Shown here: positions 42,373-63,754 of the stretch, in pieces
How positions within the stretch are numbered: the first letter of the stretch is position 1
How the letters are laid out: every line of letters starts with the position of its first letter
NCBI GenBank assembly: GCA_002269645.1
Contig: NIVC01003906.1
Span: forward strand, 6,331-70,330
DNA length: 64,000 nucleotides
Reading direction: 5' to 3'
Source: Macrostomum lignano
Taxonomy: Eukaryota
Made by a program: the position numbers and the translations under genes
The notes under the pieces: generated by a model
Seen by the model: the letters and a program-made list of their open reading frames with translations, nothing else
What the model was told of the DNA's origin: nothing
The model's database searches: none

Positions 42373-42911
42373 GCCTCTAAGCTAAAATCTGAGAGCATTA
42401 GCTTGCAGATAAGATCAAATCTAATTAACGCACAGCCGCGCACCTGATACAAGCCACCTGTCCCAGGCTCCAACTGGGAATTATGGTACCACCCCAACAC
42501 TCCTAACCCTTAACACTTTTTATTACTTAAGCCAGACGGAACCAGCAGCACAGATTTAATTTCACACACAACCGCTGCGTCCCACAAGGAAACCGCGGAA
42601 ACCAAAAACCTGGAGATTTAAACTATTCCGGAAACCCCTATTTTTGAGACAGGAGCAGGCCTAGTGGCTGATATGGTGTGGCTGTTTCATAATACCTAAA
42701 CATCGCTTAAAAGCCTCAAACATCCAGTTTCATAACACCCAGGTAAGATGCAAAGAAGAGATTTGGTCAATTGCAAAGAAAGCATTGCAGACGGGACACA
42801 TTGAACTGTTTATTGCTGGTTCAGTCTTACAATGCTTTTACAACTGAAGAAGCAAAGGACGCCAGTTTGCGTTTGACCCCTGCTTCGACTGTTTTTCCTC
42901 ATACGCTCGTA

Positions 42912-43115
42912 TCACAAGAACGGATTGTGATTCGACAGCTGCGGAGGTGCCGGCTGCGGCGACGCAATGAACGGATTGTTGGAAGCTAAAATTGTTGCGC
43001 AAAATCAAAGCACGCTATATATACTACTGGCGATTTGATAGTAGTCTGTTAATATTAGTAGGATATATATACATGTACGCAAAAATATTTGGATTGATTA
43101 GTTGGTTAGTTAGTC

Positions 43116-43169
<54 letters not shown>

Positions 43170-44207
43170 CTAGTTAGTTAGCTAGTTAGTTAGTTAGTTA
43201 GTTAGTTAGCTAGTTAGCTAGTTAGTTAGTTAGTTAGTTAGCTAGTTAGTTATTTAGTTAGTTAGTTAGTTAGTTAGTTAGCTAGTTAGTTAGTTAGATA
43301 GTTAGTTAGCTAGTTAGTTAGTTAGTTAGTTAGTTAGATAGTTAGTTAGCTAGTTAGATAGCTAGCTAGCAGTCATGCCGATTCCACTGACTCTGGCCTG
43401 AGCACGCACAGAAGGTTGGCCGCTTTCTCATCGTCGTCAGCATGTACACTCTGTAGGCCGTGTAGGGGGCTTGGCCCTCATAGGCTGAGATGGCACGACA
43501 AGCTACCAGGCCCATGCTCAGTAAGAGTCGCAAATGAATGAGCCCGCTCGCGGAATCGAACCAGGGGACCAAAGCTCCAGAGCTCCAATGCTTGAAATTC
43601 GTGCAGGTGAAAAACGATGGGCCGGGGGAGGGGGGCTTGGCGAAATGTTTGACAGCGGCGGCGGGGCTCGAGGGGAAATGATGAACTGGAATGGAGGGAT
43701 GATAGAATGAAAAAACAGCGCGGGACCGAATCGAGCCCTTGTTGGATTGGGGGAGCAAAATCCTGACAGGCTCGACCCGTGTGGCCAAGGGAAAAGTAGA
43801 TAGGGACTGGGGACGCGCGCGGGATATTTCCCTCTGCCACCTCCCCGCCGCCCAAAACTTGCACAGCGAGTTGAGCCGGTCTGGTCATTGATAAAATTGA
43901 TCTCCCCGGGATAGCGGTCGAGGGAGAAGAGTCGGGGGATCGATGCTGGCTAACTTTTTTAGTCCGAATCTGGTTTGGTAGGCTCGGCATCAGAGCAGAA
44001 TTTCTCAGTCAGCCAGTTTGACCATTAAAAAGTCTGGACCGCTGTACAACGATCCTGTATCCGTGCGGTTCCGTGTGGTCTGCGCGCTCAGGCGTCAGCG
44101 GAATGAGCATGACTGCTTGCCTCCTAGCTGACTGCTGGTGTACTGACGCCTTGATTGCGTGCGTCAGTGCTCACAGCACCGAAACTAACTTACTAACTGA
44201 CTAACTG

Positions 44208-44258
<51 letters not shown>

Positions 44259-44259
44259 G

Positions 44260-44302
<43 letters not shown>

Positions 44303-44303
44303 G

Positions 44304-44352
<49 letters not shown>

Positions 44353-44363
44353 TTAACTCACTG

Positions 44364-44404
<41 letters not shown>

Positions 44405-44786
44405 TTAACTCACTGACTAACTAACTAACTTAAATAACTAACTGACTATTTAACTAACTAACTAACTAACTAACTGACTAACTAACTAACTAACTAACTG
44501 ACTAACTAACTAACTAACTGACTAACTAACTGACTAACTAACTTACTAACTGACTAACTAACTAACTTAAATAACTAACTGACTATTTAACTAACTAACT
44601 AACTAACTAACTAACTGACGAACTAACTGACTAACTAACTTACTAACTGACTAACTAACTAACTTAAATAACTAACTGACTATTTAACTAACTAACTAAC
44701 TAAGTAACTAACTGACTAACTAACTAACTAACTAACTGACTAACTAACTAACTAACTGACTAACTAACTAACTAACTAACTAACTG

Positions 44787-44837
<51 letters not shown>

Positions 44838-44838
44838 G

Positions 44839-44877
<39 letters not shown>

Positions 44878-44928
44878 TAACTAACTAACTGACTAACTAA
44901 CTAACTAACTAACTTAACTAACTAACTG

Positions 44929-44979
<51 letters not shown>

Positions 44980-44993
44980 TAACTAACTAACTG

Positions 44994-45030
<37 letters not shown>

Positions 45031-48000
45031 ACTAACTAACTAACTAACTAACTAACTTACTTAACTAACTTAACTAACTAACTGACTAACTAACTAATTA
45101 ACTAACAAACAAACAAACAAACAAACAAACAAACAAACAAATTAATTAACGAACTAACCAACTGACTAACTAAATAACTAAAACAAACGAAGATAAATAC
45201 TTCATAGACTCAAGCACTAATCTGAGTTGCAAGCAACCAGCAAATCTCACCAATTAAACTAGTTGAAGGCGCATTAACAGCAAGTCCTGTCGATGCTGCA
45301 CTGTGTGGTTCACTGGTTACCAATGGAGGCAGGGCAACTGTGGTAGCCCAAGGGTCGCCGAATCCCAGGCCCGCTGAGAAATATAAATAGATAATGTTTC
45401 GTATGACAAGTGCATTCTACATATCGGAAACAAAAAAGACCGTACACCAATGAAAAGTCTATCAACCTTAAACATACTACTTACATGTCCCAATTTGCGC
45501 ACCGAACGGACTCGAGTTCCACGGCTCGAATGAGTCTGCAATTTGAAGACAGAATGGACTAGTGGACACTTTAAATCTTTTAAGGCTATGATTCAAGCAT
45601 AATCACTGTGCTTGATGAACAAAATTGGCTCTCTAGACTTTGAAAAAACTGGCGCCACTTTGAAGACACTAGCGCCATTTTTGAAGACACTAGCGCCATT
45701 TTTAAAGATATTAGCGCCATTTTTAAAGACACTAGCGCCATTTACGAAGACACTAGCGCCATTTTTGAAGACACTAGTGCCATTTTTAAAGACACAAGCG
45801 CCGTTTTTGAAAACACTAGCGCCAATTTTAAGACACTAGCGCCATTTTTGAAGACACTAGCGCCATTTTTAAAGACATTAGCGCCATTTTTGAAGACACT
45901 AGCGCCATTTTTAAGACATTAGCGCCATTTTTGAATACATTAGCACCATTTTTGTAAACACTAGCGCCATTTTTTAAGACATTAGCACCATTTTTAAAGA
46001 CACTAGCGCCATTTTTGAAGACACTAGCGCCATTTTTTTAGACATTAGCGCCATTTTTGAAGACACTAGCGCCATTTTTGAAGACACTAGCGCCATTTTT
46101 AAGACATTAGCGCCATTTTTAAAGACATTAGCGCCATTTTTGAAGACACTAGCGCCATTTTTGAAGACACTAGCGCCATTTTTCAGACATTAGCGCCATT
46201 TTTCAAGACATTAGCGCCATTTTTAAAGACATTAGCGCCATTTTTGAAGACATTAGCACCATTTTTGAAGACACTAGCGCCATTTTTGAAGACACTAGCG
46301 CCATTTTTAAAGACATTAGCACAATTTTTAAGAAACTAGCGCCATTTTTGAAGACACTAGCGCCAGTTTTGAAGACACTAGCGCCATTTTTTGAAGACAC
46401 TATCGCCATTTCTAAGAAACTAGCGCCATTTTTAAAGACACTAGCGCCATTTTTGAAGACATTAGCGCCATTTTTGAAAACACTAGCCACTGAAAATGCC
46501 TAGCAACTCACCAGCGCACAAATCTGGAGGCTCTGGTGGCAATTCAGCGGTGTCGCAGTCAGGTCTGGAAGTGGCACCAACATTAGAGGCTGAGCCGATG
46601 CCCTCGAAGGCTGATGCTGACCAAGGATCTGGCGCGTTGGCTGGCGCGGCCGAGAGCGACACGTCGATTTGGCTCAGGTAGTCCACCTGGTTAATTGACA
46701 TTTTAATAAGCGAGACATGCTACTTATTAGTAATATTAATTTAACGAAGTTTTTAGTAAATAACACAAAAAACATGTTTACACACATTGAAATGTGTTAG
46801 AAAAGTCTACAAGTAACTTAAACGCGCCCTAGACGCTAAAAGTTGCGCTTCATTAGCCCTACAATAAGCGAGCAAAACTAGTGAGAAAAAATGGCAACCA
46901 TATAATAAAACCATAAGCTTACATCTTGCTGCTGCTGTTTTGTGTTGGAATTTTCGCCTCTTTCGCGTCTCTGAAATAATTTACCAAAGAAATTTATTCT
47001 ATATTAAGCCAAATTAAAGTCACTCTGATTAAACAAATTCACACAGGTGACAATTAATTGAAAACAGCAAATCATTAATAAAATATTGACAATATGAATT
47101 ATAATACCCTGAAATAGACAAGACATGCGTACAAGTGATACAGAAATTCAGATTATTATATCCAATACAAAATTTGTTGTTTGGAATAACATCTACAACT
47201 TGCATGCAAGTGGCAGGAGTCTTATCAATAAATTATCCGAATTTTTCTTAAAGCAAGCATTACCGCATCAGTGCAGCAACCAACTGTGAAAGATGCTTTA
47301 TGCAGGATTACAATTGCGAAATCCGGAAACAGTCTTCAATACTGCTGGAGTAAGTTAGGAGATAGCAAGTGGGTGGAGAGGCAGGAAGTGAGGTGGCTGA
47401 GGGGATGGGTGGGGAGGGGCAGGGAGTGAGATGGCTGCGGGGATGGGTAGGGAGGGGCAGGGAGTGAGGTGGCTGCGGGGATGGGTGTGGAGGGGTAGGA
47501 GTGAGGTGGCTGCGGGGATGGGTGGGGAGGGGCATGGAGTGAGGTGGCTGCAAGGATGGGTGGGGAGGGGCAGGGAGTAAGGTGGCTGCGGGGAAGTGGT
47601 GTGGAGAGGCAGGGAGTGAGGTGGCTTCAGGGTTAGGTGGATCTGTAGCGTACAGTGAATAAAATCCAGTGAAACGGACAAAACTGACACGATACAGACA
47701 ATAAAATCTTCAATAAAACCTAATTGAAGATGCAAAGCGGTTACTGTATTTTGAATATTTTAAAATCTGAAACTTTTTAAATGTCTACAGATGTTAAAAT
47801 TTGAAAAATGTCAGAACAAAGCAGAGTGATTAGTGCACTGTACACAAGGCAGAGGACTTACTACTCCTGTAGAATTGAGCGGCGGCGGCATGCGAAGTGG
47901 CGCTAAAGTCTAGAAGAAATAAATTCAAATTTTTACTGTGCAAAAATATTCTATCGCGCAAATATTAAATAATAGTACTATCAGTAGAGAGGCCATAAAA

Positions 48001-49816
48001 CAATAAAACCATTGGAATACAAAAACTGTAAAAAATATAATCATAGACAATAGACAAGTTACAATAACTTCGCACCTCTTCTTCCAGTCTGCTTGCCTCA
48101 AGTACGCTCTGTAGTCGAAGCTCCTCGCGTTGTTGCTCTTCCTGGCGTAAATTGTACTCTTCGCGCGATACTTGCAAAGCTATTTCTAATTCTAAGTCGG
48201 CATCGATTGCGTCATCTGGAGCGGCAGGCAGAGGCTGCTTTGATTCCGCCTGCGGTGGCTGCTGCGACTGTCGCGGCGGTGAGTACGGAATATCTCGACT
48301 GTCGCCTCGCATTCTATTTTTAGCTTTGATAGCGCTGGCCCGTTCGGATTTTAATCGGTCGGGATCTTCTAAGAGGGCTATTAGCTTTGTAGCTTTGTCG
48401 CGAATGCTCTGAGCCGGATCTCTAGAAAGGACGGACGAATGAAGAAAAGTTGAGTAGGTGGTTTGGCTGATGTAAAATTGACGTCTTATGGCTAGGCCGG
48501 TGTAGGATAGAGGGTTGCGGACTGGGGCAAGGGAAGGAGTGAGGTGGCTGCAAGATTGAGGGGTTGCAGACTGGGGCAGGGAAGGAGTGAGGTGGCTGCA
48601 GGATTGAGGGGTTGCGGACTGGCCCAAGGGAAGGAGTGAGGTGGCTGCAGGATTGAGGGGTTGCAGACTGGGGCAGGGAAGGAGTGAGGTGGCTGCAGGA
48701 TTGAGGGATTGCGGACTGGGGCAAGGGAAGGAGTGAGGTGGCTGCAGGATTGAGGGGTTGCAGACTGGGGCAGGGAAGGAGTGAGTGGCTGCAGGATTGA
48801 GGGGTTGCGGACTGGGGCAAGGGAAGGAGTGAGATGGCTGCAGGATTGAAGGGTTGCAGACTGGGGCAGGGAAGGAGTGAGTGGCTGCAGGATTGAGGGG
48901 TTGCGGACTGGGGCAAGGGAAGGAGTGAGGTGGCTGCAGGATTGAGGGGTTGCAGACTGGGGCAGGGAAGGAGTGAGGTGGCTGCAGGATTGAGGGGTTG
49001 CGGACTGGGGCAAGGGAAGGAGTGAGGTGGCTGCAGGATTGAGGGGTTGTGGATTGGGCCAAGGGAAGGAGTGAGGTGGCTGCAGGATTGAGGGGTTGCA
49101 GACTGGGGCAGGGAAGGAATGAGGTGGCTGCAGGATTGAGGGCTTGTGGACTGGCCCAAGGGAAGGAGTGAGGTGGCTGCAGGATGGGGATGCGGACTGG
49201 GGTAAGGGAGTGAGGTGTTGGTAAGATTGAGGGGTTGCGGACTGGGGTAAGGGAAGGAGTGAGGTGGCTGCAGGAGGGGTTGAGGACTGGGGTAAGGGAG
49301 TGAGGTGGCTGCAGAATTGGGGGGTTGCGGACTGTGGCAGGGAAGTTGTGAGGTGTCTGCAGGATTGAGGGGTTGCGGCCTGGGGCAGGGAATGGGGTGG
49401 CTGCAGATTGAACCCAATGCAAGAAAATGTATTACATGGCGAATAGAGAAGAATTTGCAATATTATTATAATTACCTCTCTTCAGAAGGGTACTCAAAGC
49501 TTGTCAGCAGCCGAAGTGTAGAGACATTCTCTCGGCACTGCCAGGCAACCTTCTCGCTGCCAGTCTTCACTAGATACTCCATCAGTACAAGGCCTTTGCA
49601 GATATGACGCCAATGCTTGGCTTTGTCTGCTAGGCGCTTCCACAGCATGGACATGATCTCAGAAAATGCTTGACTATTATAAGTCATATCTGATATTTCT
49701 GACATAAGAGCACCAGAGGGACCCCAAGGGTCATTTGAGGTGGCTTTGCGCACCTTCACCTGGGCATCAGAGTAGTTATGCACAACATTCTTTAGGTTGC
49801 GTCGCAGGGTAGTCAT
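42912..49816 (-). CDS. EPN: Epsin (ENTH, UIM, DPW x2, NPF x2), 6 coding exons: 49816-49476, 48421-48076, 46970-46923, 46686-46512, 45373-45251, 42985-42912; 368 aa
   Basis: ENTH 'LRRNLKNVVHNYSDAQVKVRKATSNDPWGPS...WRHICKGLVLMEYLVKTGSE'; UIM 'DLELEIALQVSREE'; DPW in exons 4 and 5; ends 'NNPF...HNPFL*'; phases 2,0,0,1,1 all compatible. Confidence 0.92.
43095..43368. repeat. (TTAG)n microsatellite
   Basis: Direct observation. Confidence 0.97.
43365..43610 (-). mobile_element. tRNA-derived SINE with (CTAA)n tail on the minus strand
   Basis: B-box GGTTCGATTCC at 43552-43562; central block shared with the 4975-5200 copy; 3' end ...GTCAGTGGAATCGGCATGACTGCT followed by the microsatellite. Confidence 0.65.
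44183..45180. repeat. (CTAA)n microsatellite, ~1 kb, inverted relative to the 43095 array
   Basis: Direct observation. Confidence 0.97.
45652..46488. repeat. 21-bp minisatellite (AGACACTAGCGCCATTTTTGA), ~40 copies, in epsin intron
   Basis: Direct observation. Confidence 0.97.
47365..47640. repeat. G-rich ~39-bp minisatellite sharing GGAGTGAGGTGGCTGC with the 48500 array
   Basis: Direct observation. Confidence 0.88.
48500..49410. repeat. G-rich 48/49-bp minisatellite filling the epsin intron between coding exons 1 and 2
   Basis: Unit GGAAGGAGTGAGGTGGCTGCAGGATTGAGGGGTTGCAGACTGGGGCAG. Confidence 0.95.
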
Positions 49817-52800
49817 AGCATTTATTTTACTATGTCCACTAATCACTATACTAAAAACGTGAAGACTGCAATGAAGTTAGTATGAAATATATTGATTCAC
49901 TTTGGTTTCATTATCTTCATAAAAGTTTAAATATTAGAGATTATTTATGCAGGACTTTAATATCTTTAAAAAAATTACTGCTTAAAACATTGCTACTGTT
50001 GAAATTAAAGGATATTTCTATGAATAGAGGATATCTAACAAGTTTATAGATATTATAGTTTAAAACATGTAGGTATATGTATATCTAGAGAGCAAAAAAA
50101 ACTATTTATATAACAAAGCTATATAAAATTTGATAATACAAGTGTTCAAAAAATTGACTATATGTTTTATTCTAATAATAACTTTTTCATTAAAATATTC
50201 TAGATTAAAAAAAGATTAGTTGGCTATACTGTTGTTAATAAAGAATAATATTGAACCATTATTTAAACAGTTTATTTATAGCCCTCTAAACTCATCCCTA
50301 GTTAGGTCTAATGATTGATAGTACATTATTTTCTTAGCCTTATTTCTAATTTAAATAACTTATCTAAACTAACCAAAATATAAAGTAAAAAGGACATTGC
50401 ATTGCTAAGTAAGAAAAAGATAAACCTAACAAATTAAAGTATTTTTTAGATAAGTAAAAGTACTAATACAATTAGTAGTAGCATAGGTGAGAGGCAAAAG
50501 AGGCTATAGCCCCTAAATGACTATTGTTCAAAGCTTTCCAAGGGATGACTATTATATCTTCTAGTATTAGCATTTTTATGAAATTTTAGCATAATGTTGT
50601 TCTAATTCTAAAAATTTGCTAGGGGGTGACCACCTAATAAATATCCCCCTTCCTAATTAAAGGTACTGCACTATCATTAAATATGTAAATTCCCATTTAA
50701 AAATACTGATCAAATAATTAAGTTTAATTAGATACCTAAGTATGCCAATGCTTTAGTGTCTATAGCAAAATAAAAGAGAACTATTTAATAAAACTTGACC
50801 CTTGCTTATAATAGGATTTAGAATATTTAAGGCTCAAATAATGGGCTTATTCCAGATAAGATGGACATATTTGGAAAAAAGAAAAAAGTCAATATTTTTG
50901 CTTACCATTGCCTTATCAGCCAATTTTTTGCCAAATGTTTTAAGTGTGTAATATATACAATCTAAGAATATATTAATGGTAAAATGTTGGATTAGTATAT
51001 TATCAATTGGCAAAAAGTCATTTTTGGAAAAATTTGGACATTTTTCTAAGCAAAAGACATCAATAACTTTGTGTACCTTTTAAAAACAAATAGAAAGCTT
51101 TGGGAGGTTGAAACAAACTATAGATAAAATTATAGTACTTGCATAATCAGATAAAAACATTAGCGACCATATAATCTATTATATTTTAATATATTGATAC
51201 CTCAAAGTTACTGAATTGACAGAAAAAAATGTGTTACAACCATAAGGCTGCCTTTTCTTTTGTATCTTTGTTGCCTTTATGAGTTTATATATTCTAATAA
51301 AAGAATATGATTTCTGAAGATGTTCTTAATCAAATTTAAAAAAATGTATTGCAAAATATCAAAAATGAAAAAATGTTATAAGACTTTTATCTTTTAGTTT
51401 CTGTGTCAAAAATCCTGTTGTTATGACCATAAGTGCCATTCAAGGTTTAATAGCATCTATACTAATGATGATATCTATATGAAACAATATAAATATATTC
51501 TTAACAAAATAATCCTTTATTCGAAATATTGGTTTAGTATATTCTATTATTAGATTTGATTTTATAAGTAAAAATAGCCTGTCATGTTACAACCATAATT
51601 ATATGGAATGGCCCAATGTAGCTTGCTTGGAAAATAGTAAATAAATAAAAGTAATAATCAACATAAAGAAAAGAACTATATTAAGGTTTCCATTGCCTAA
51701 CTATTTTGTCCACAATGTTTATAATAGATAAAATGCATTAGCATTTGGCATGATTAGATATCTAATAAAATTCAATTAAATATTAATTTCAAATAAGTAT
51801 TAAAACTTAATTATTCTAAATATTAAGGGTAATTAAAAATAGGCATAACAGCATTAGCAAAACACTATAAACAATACATAGTCATATGATAATCTATAGT
51901 CTATAGAATACCTTACTATTCATAGACATTATTTTAATAAATTGAATAGCTTTATAGAATTTTTATCTATTAGTATTGCCTATAGTTTTTCCAAGACAAC
52001 ACCAATAAGAATAATCAATATATTTATTTGCAATTGCATATTTCATTATACTTGCCTGTGATATCTGACACCCCATGGGGCAGTAAAACTCCCTAGTAAA
52101 ATTTACCCTCCATCTGTCAGCCAAAAAGGCTACACAGTCCCCTAAACCCCTACCAGACCAGTCCCTAAAATACATGGACTGAATACACGAACACCTCTGG
52201 ATACACAATCACCCCAGGTAAGACTTTGGCACCCCCAAAATGAAAACCTGGATATAACGGTGATATTTTCAGGAAACACCTAGATAGTCTAAGCTAATAC
52301 AATTAATACATTATGCCTATGGGCTATGGCTCTCCTTGTACTTTTCAAGCCTCCGCCAGTATTATAAGCGTATAAAAGTTCAAAGTAATAGGCAATAGAA
52401 TATAGTTAGGTTATGGCAAAATAGTAAAAAAGTTTTGGTTGGGATAAATGCAACTGTGAAAAAAAACAATTGAATAAAAATTCTGATGACAAAAAAAATA
52501 AGAATGTTCGATCAGTTAAACTTCTGAAAATTTTAGTCACGCGGGACTCAGCTGAGTAAAGCGAATGCATTACTGCGTGAATGAAATATGAACTATATTT
52601 AGCATTAAAACAGCCTTTTCCTTCAAGCTTCGCTTAGCTTTGTCGATAGTTTTTATTTTTCTTTAATTTTATGAGAATGAAATTGTTATATCGTTTGATT
52701 TCTAACCAACCAACGACGACTCTAAAAGTTTTAATTTGCAATAGTTTGAATAATTTTTTAACTGTAACTTATTCAAACAATTAAAACTTGTTCATCATAA

Positions 52801-52834
52801 ATCTTGATAAAATCTTCCATCCTGTCTAGCGAGA

Positions 52835-53817
52835 ATGGAATCACAAACAGGTACACGTACGTCTTTTTATCCAGAAATCGAATCTATATTACTTGATTAT
52901 TTAACCATTTGGAAGCCAAAGGGCTGCACTGCAGGCCATACCAAAACGGCCCAAAAGCCCAGAGATTCAAAAATATCTATAGCATCAAAAACCATATCCC
53001 CAGTCACTAACGCAACTGCCCAGAATGGCCACTGTATGACCCAGTATGCAGGCCATGATTAATTTAAAGAAGTGGGCACCAAGTGGTTAAGGTCTAATGA
53101 TTTCTTACAAAACTTAAGCAAGAAGTGCCTATTCCTTCAGAGTCGTAATCACCATTTTATACCGGGCCGGGTTGGGGGTCGAATTGGCCGATTGGGTCAC
53201 ATACGTCATTGGAGGGGTTACACATAGGGCTTGTGAGACAAAATTGGTTGCGCAGTGTAATTTTTGCTTAGTGGGAATTGTGGAATCCCTGGAATGCAAA
53301 TGATTTACAGATCAAGTAGCCCTGTGTATTTCAACAGTCGTCTAAAAATTGAAACTTCTCTTTTTCAGAACAACCGGAGGAGCAAAAGGAAGCCCGCGTG
53401 CTGACAGAAACAAGCCTACTCAATCTTGGCAAAGCTGTGAAGCAAGGTGACATGAAGTTGTACATGCTGCTCAATATTCCCACTGTAGAGATCGTCCGTC
53501 AGAAGGTTCGAAACGAGGAATTGAAGATGCCAGAGTACGGTGAGTAATGCGAGATAATAAAAACACAGATTCCAGATTAAACTACATTTTGTAGCCAATA
53601 CTTATTAAAACAATAATTGTTGTGAAACTACACAGGAGCCGCTCAAAAGCTTCTACTCTATTGGAAGAAGATGCGCAAGGGCGCAAAAGAGAATGACATC
53701 ATCCGGGACCTGGACAATGCTCTGCGGGAGTCCGGCCAGGAAGAAATTGCCGACATTGTCAGCGATAGAAACAGAATCGATCAGGAGATCGTACCTGAGC
53801 TGTTCGTATCTGCTTGA
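52835..53817 (+). CDS. Small stand-alone death-domain-like protein, 122 aa; exons 52835-52850, 53369-53539, 53636-53817
   Basis: Two phase-1 GT-AG introns join to give MESQTEQPEEQKEARVLTETSLLNLGKAVKQGDMKLYMLLNIP...AQKLLLYWKK...IIRDLDNALRESGQEEIADIV...ELFVSA*, a DD-like 'L..W........L..AL...G...A..V' pattern. Not found intact by the ORF track. Confidence 0.72.
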
Positions 53818-54415
53818 GCTCCCTTTCAGTCTTCGATTTTGTGCCAGAAAACGACAATTCACCATTTTTATGATCAACTAAACTAACAAAGTTGTTTTTG
53901 CCAAGCGGACGACATGATGTGCGGCCTGCTTTAATTCGATTTTGGCTCAATTCAGACATAAAAAATTCATTCAGCCAAAAATCGAAATTCGATCCCAACA
54001 GCCACCAGAGGCGCAGCTTTAGTACTAAGCTAACTAGTATTTGCAAATCGAATCTTTATGAGGCTTGTAAAGTTATATTCGAGCAGCCAACAACGTTTTT
54101 TATAACTGAATTCCATTCCGGATTCGTACTTTTTGCTGGCGTGATATTATTACTAGTATTAATTTCTAAGGTGCTACCGCCAACCCACTTTATTGGTTTC
54201 TATTGTAGTAGAGCCTTGCGGAAGATCTTTATGCCAGTATGACGCTGAAACAATCTACACACTTGTCCAAAATATATTGAATAATTTATTGCTCGTTCAT
54301 TCTTTCAAAGAAATTTTTTTTATAAAATTGGTAGTTCTTCGTTCCGTGTTTGTGGATGCCACAGTGTCATATAATAGCTCGTAGTTCCTCATGAAGTATA
54401 TTAATTCCGGAAATT

Positions 54416-62422
<8,007 letters not shown>

Positions 62423-62784
62423 CTGAAAATAAGCGTGTACAAAATCGGTAAAGTACTCGCGGGCCGGTTGCAATAAAACATGTGCCAGAAAAGTGATTCG
62501 AAATCATCAATTACCAATCGGATTGACAGCAGTATCGTCAAAGTTTGATGCTTTTCGTCCTGAAGTGTTTTGCAATTAAAATATTTAGCACCTCTGTTAG
62601 CTACGTATAAAGTTATTCTAAGCTAGCATTTGAAACGATGTAATCTAAGGATTGAGACACTTCATCAAGTTTCACTTCAAGACATCAGGCTGTCTATAAC
62701 TAGTTTCAGGCCCTCAGGGTTGTCGCAACGGATGGAAGGATAGTTTCGCTTTAGAAATTTTGAACAAAAATTCAAGTCTTATTG

Positions 62785-63145
62785 AGCTTCAGGCTCTCTA
62801 AAACGTTTCAGGCTCTTCAGCCTCTCTACAGTAAACTTCAGGAACCTAAAGAAAACTTCAGGCTCTCAGCGGCAAGCTTCAGGCTTTCTACATTAAACTT
62901 CAGGATTTCCACAGCAAACTTCAGGCTCTCTACAGTAATATTCAGGGTCTCTATAGTAGGCTTCAGGCTCTCTACAGTAATATTCAGGGTCTCTATAGTA
63001 GGCTTCAGGCTCTCGACAGTAATATTCAGGGTCTCTATAGTAGGCTTCAGGCTCTCGACAGTAATATTCAGGGTCTCTATAGTAGGCTTCAGGCTCTCGA
63101 CAGTAATATTCAGGGTCTCTATAGTAGGCTTCGGCTCTCTACAAA
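62785..63145. repeat. 42-bp (dimeric 21-bp) minisatellite TTCAGGCTCTCTACAGTAATATTCAGGGTCTCTATAGTAGGC
   Basis: Direct observation. Confidence 0.9.
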
Positions 63146-63754
63146 AAGCTTGAAATCGTCCACAATAAGCTTCAGGCCTCTTACATTAATCTACAGGAAT
63201 CCTTCCGAGTCAGCCTCCAGCATTCAGTTGCTGCTCAATATTCTACGGATTATTCCTAAAGCTTCAGCTGGACTGTGTTTTGAGTTCCCTCAAAACTCTC
63301 CCCTCCATCCAGTAGAGTTTTGTCTGTTTGTCTGTCTGTTTCCTTCTCTCTTTTTTCGCATTAATGCGAGCAAAGCAACGCTGCATCCAGAATTTAATGC
63401 AATTTTCCTCTGCCTAGGAGAATTCGTAACAAAATTTTGTCAAATCCAAAAATCCCACCTATGATCCCGAAGCAGCGTTTCTCTCTGGGTTGGGAAGTTT
63501 TGCAACTCTCGCTTAGCCGGGGAGGGGAGCATCTGTCTATCGCATTCCTTCCCCTTTCGCTTGCGAGTGTGTAATTGTAGATTCGGACAGGAAATTGGCC
63601 CGGTTGCCATGCGAAGCAGGTTGGGTGAATTTTTGGATTTTCTCTCGTCTGCTGTTGTGCTCGTATGCGCTTTAAATTTTTGTCGTTCCAAAAAGTTAAA
63701 CGAAGTGGGGGAAAATGTACTGGCGCACGTTTAAACAGCAAAGAAAAACAACCG

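Noticed and set aside
43395-43450. Hammerhead-like CTGACGA...GAAA on the minus strand of the SINE
   Set aside because: No stem II closing pair and no matching stem III/NUH or stem I complement.
47965-49460. Long Pro/Ser-rich ORFs (485, 331, 322 aa)
   Set aside because: They read through the 48/49-bp intronic minisatellite; only 48421-48076 is a real epsin exon.
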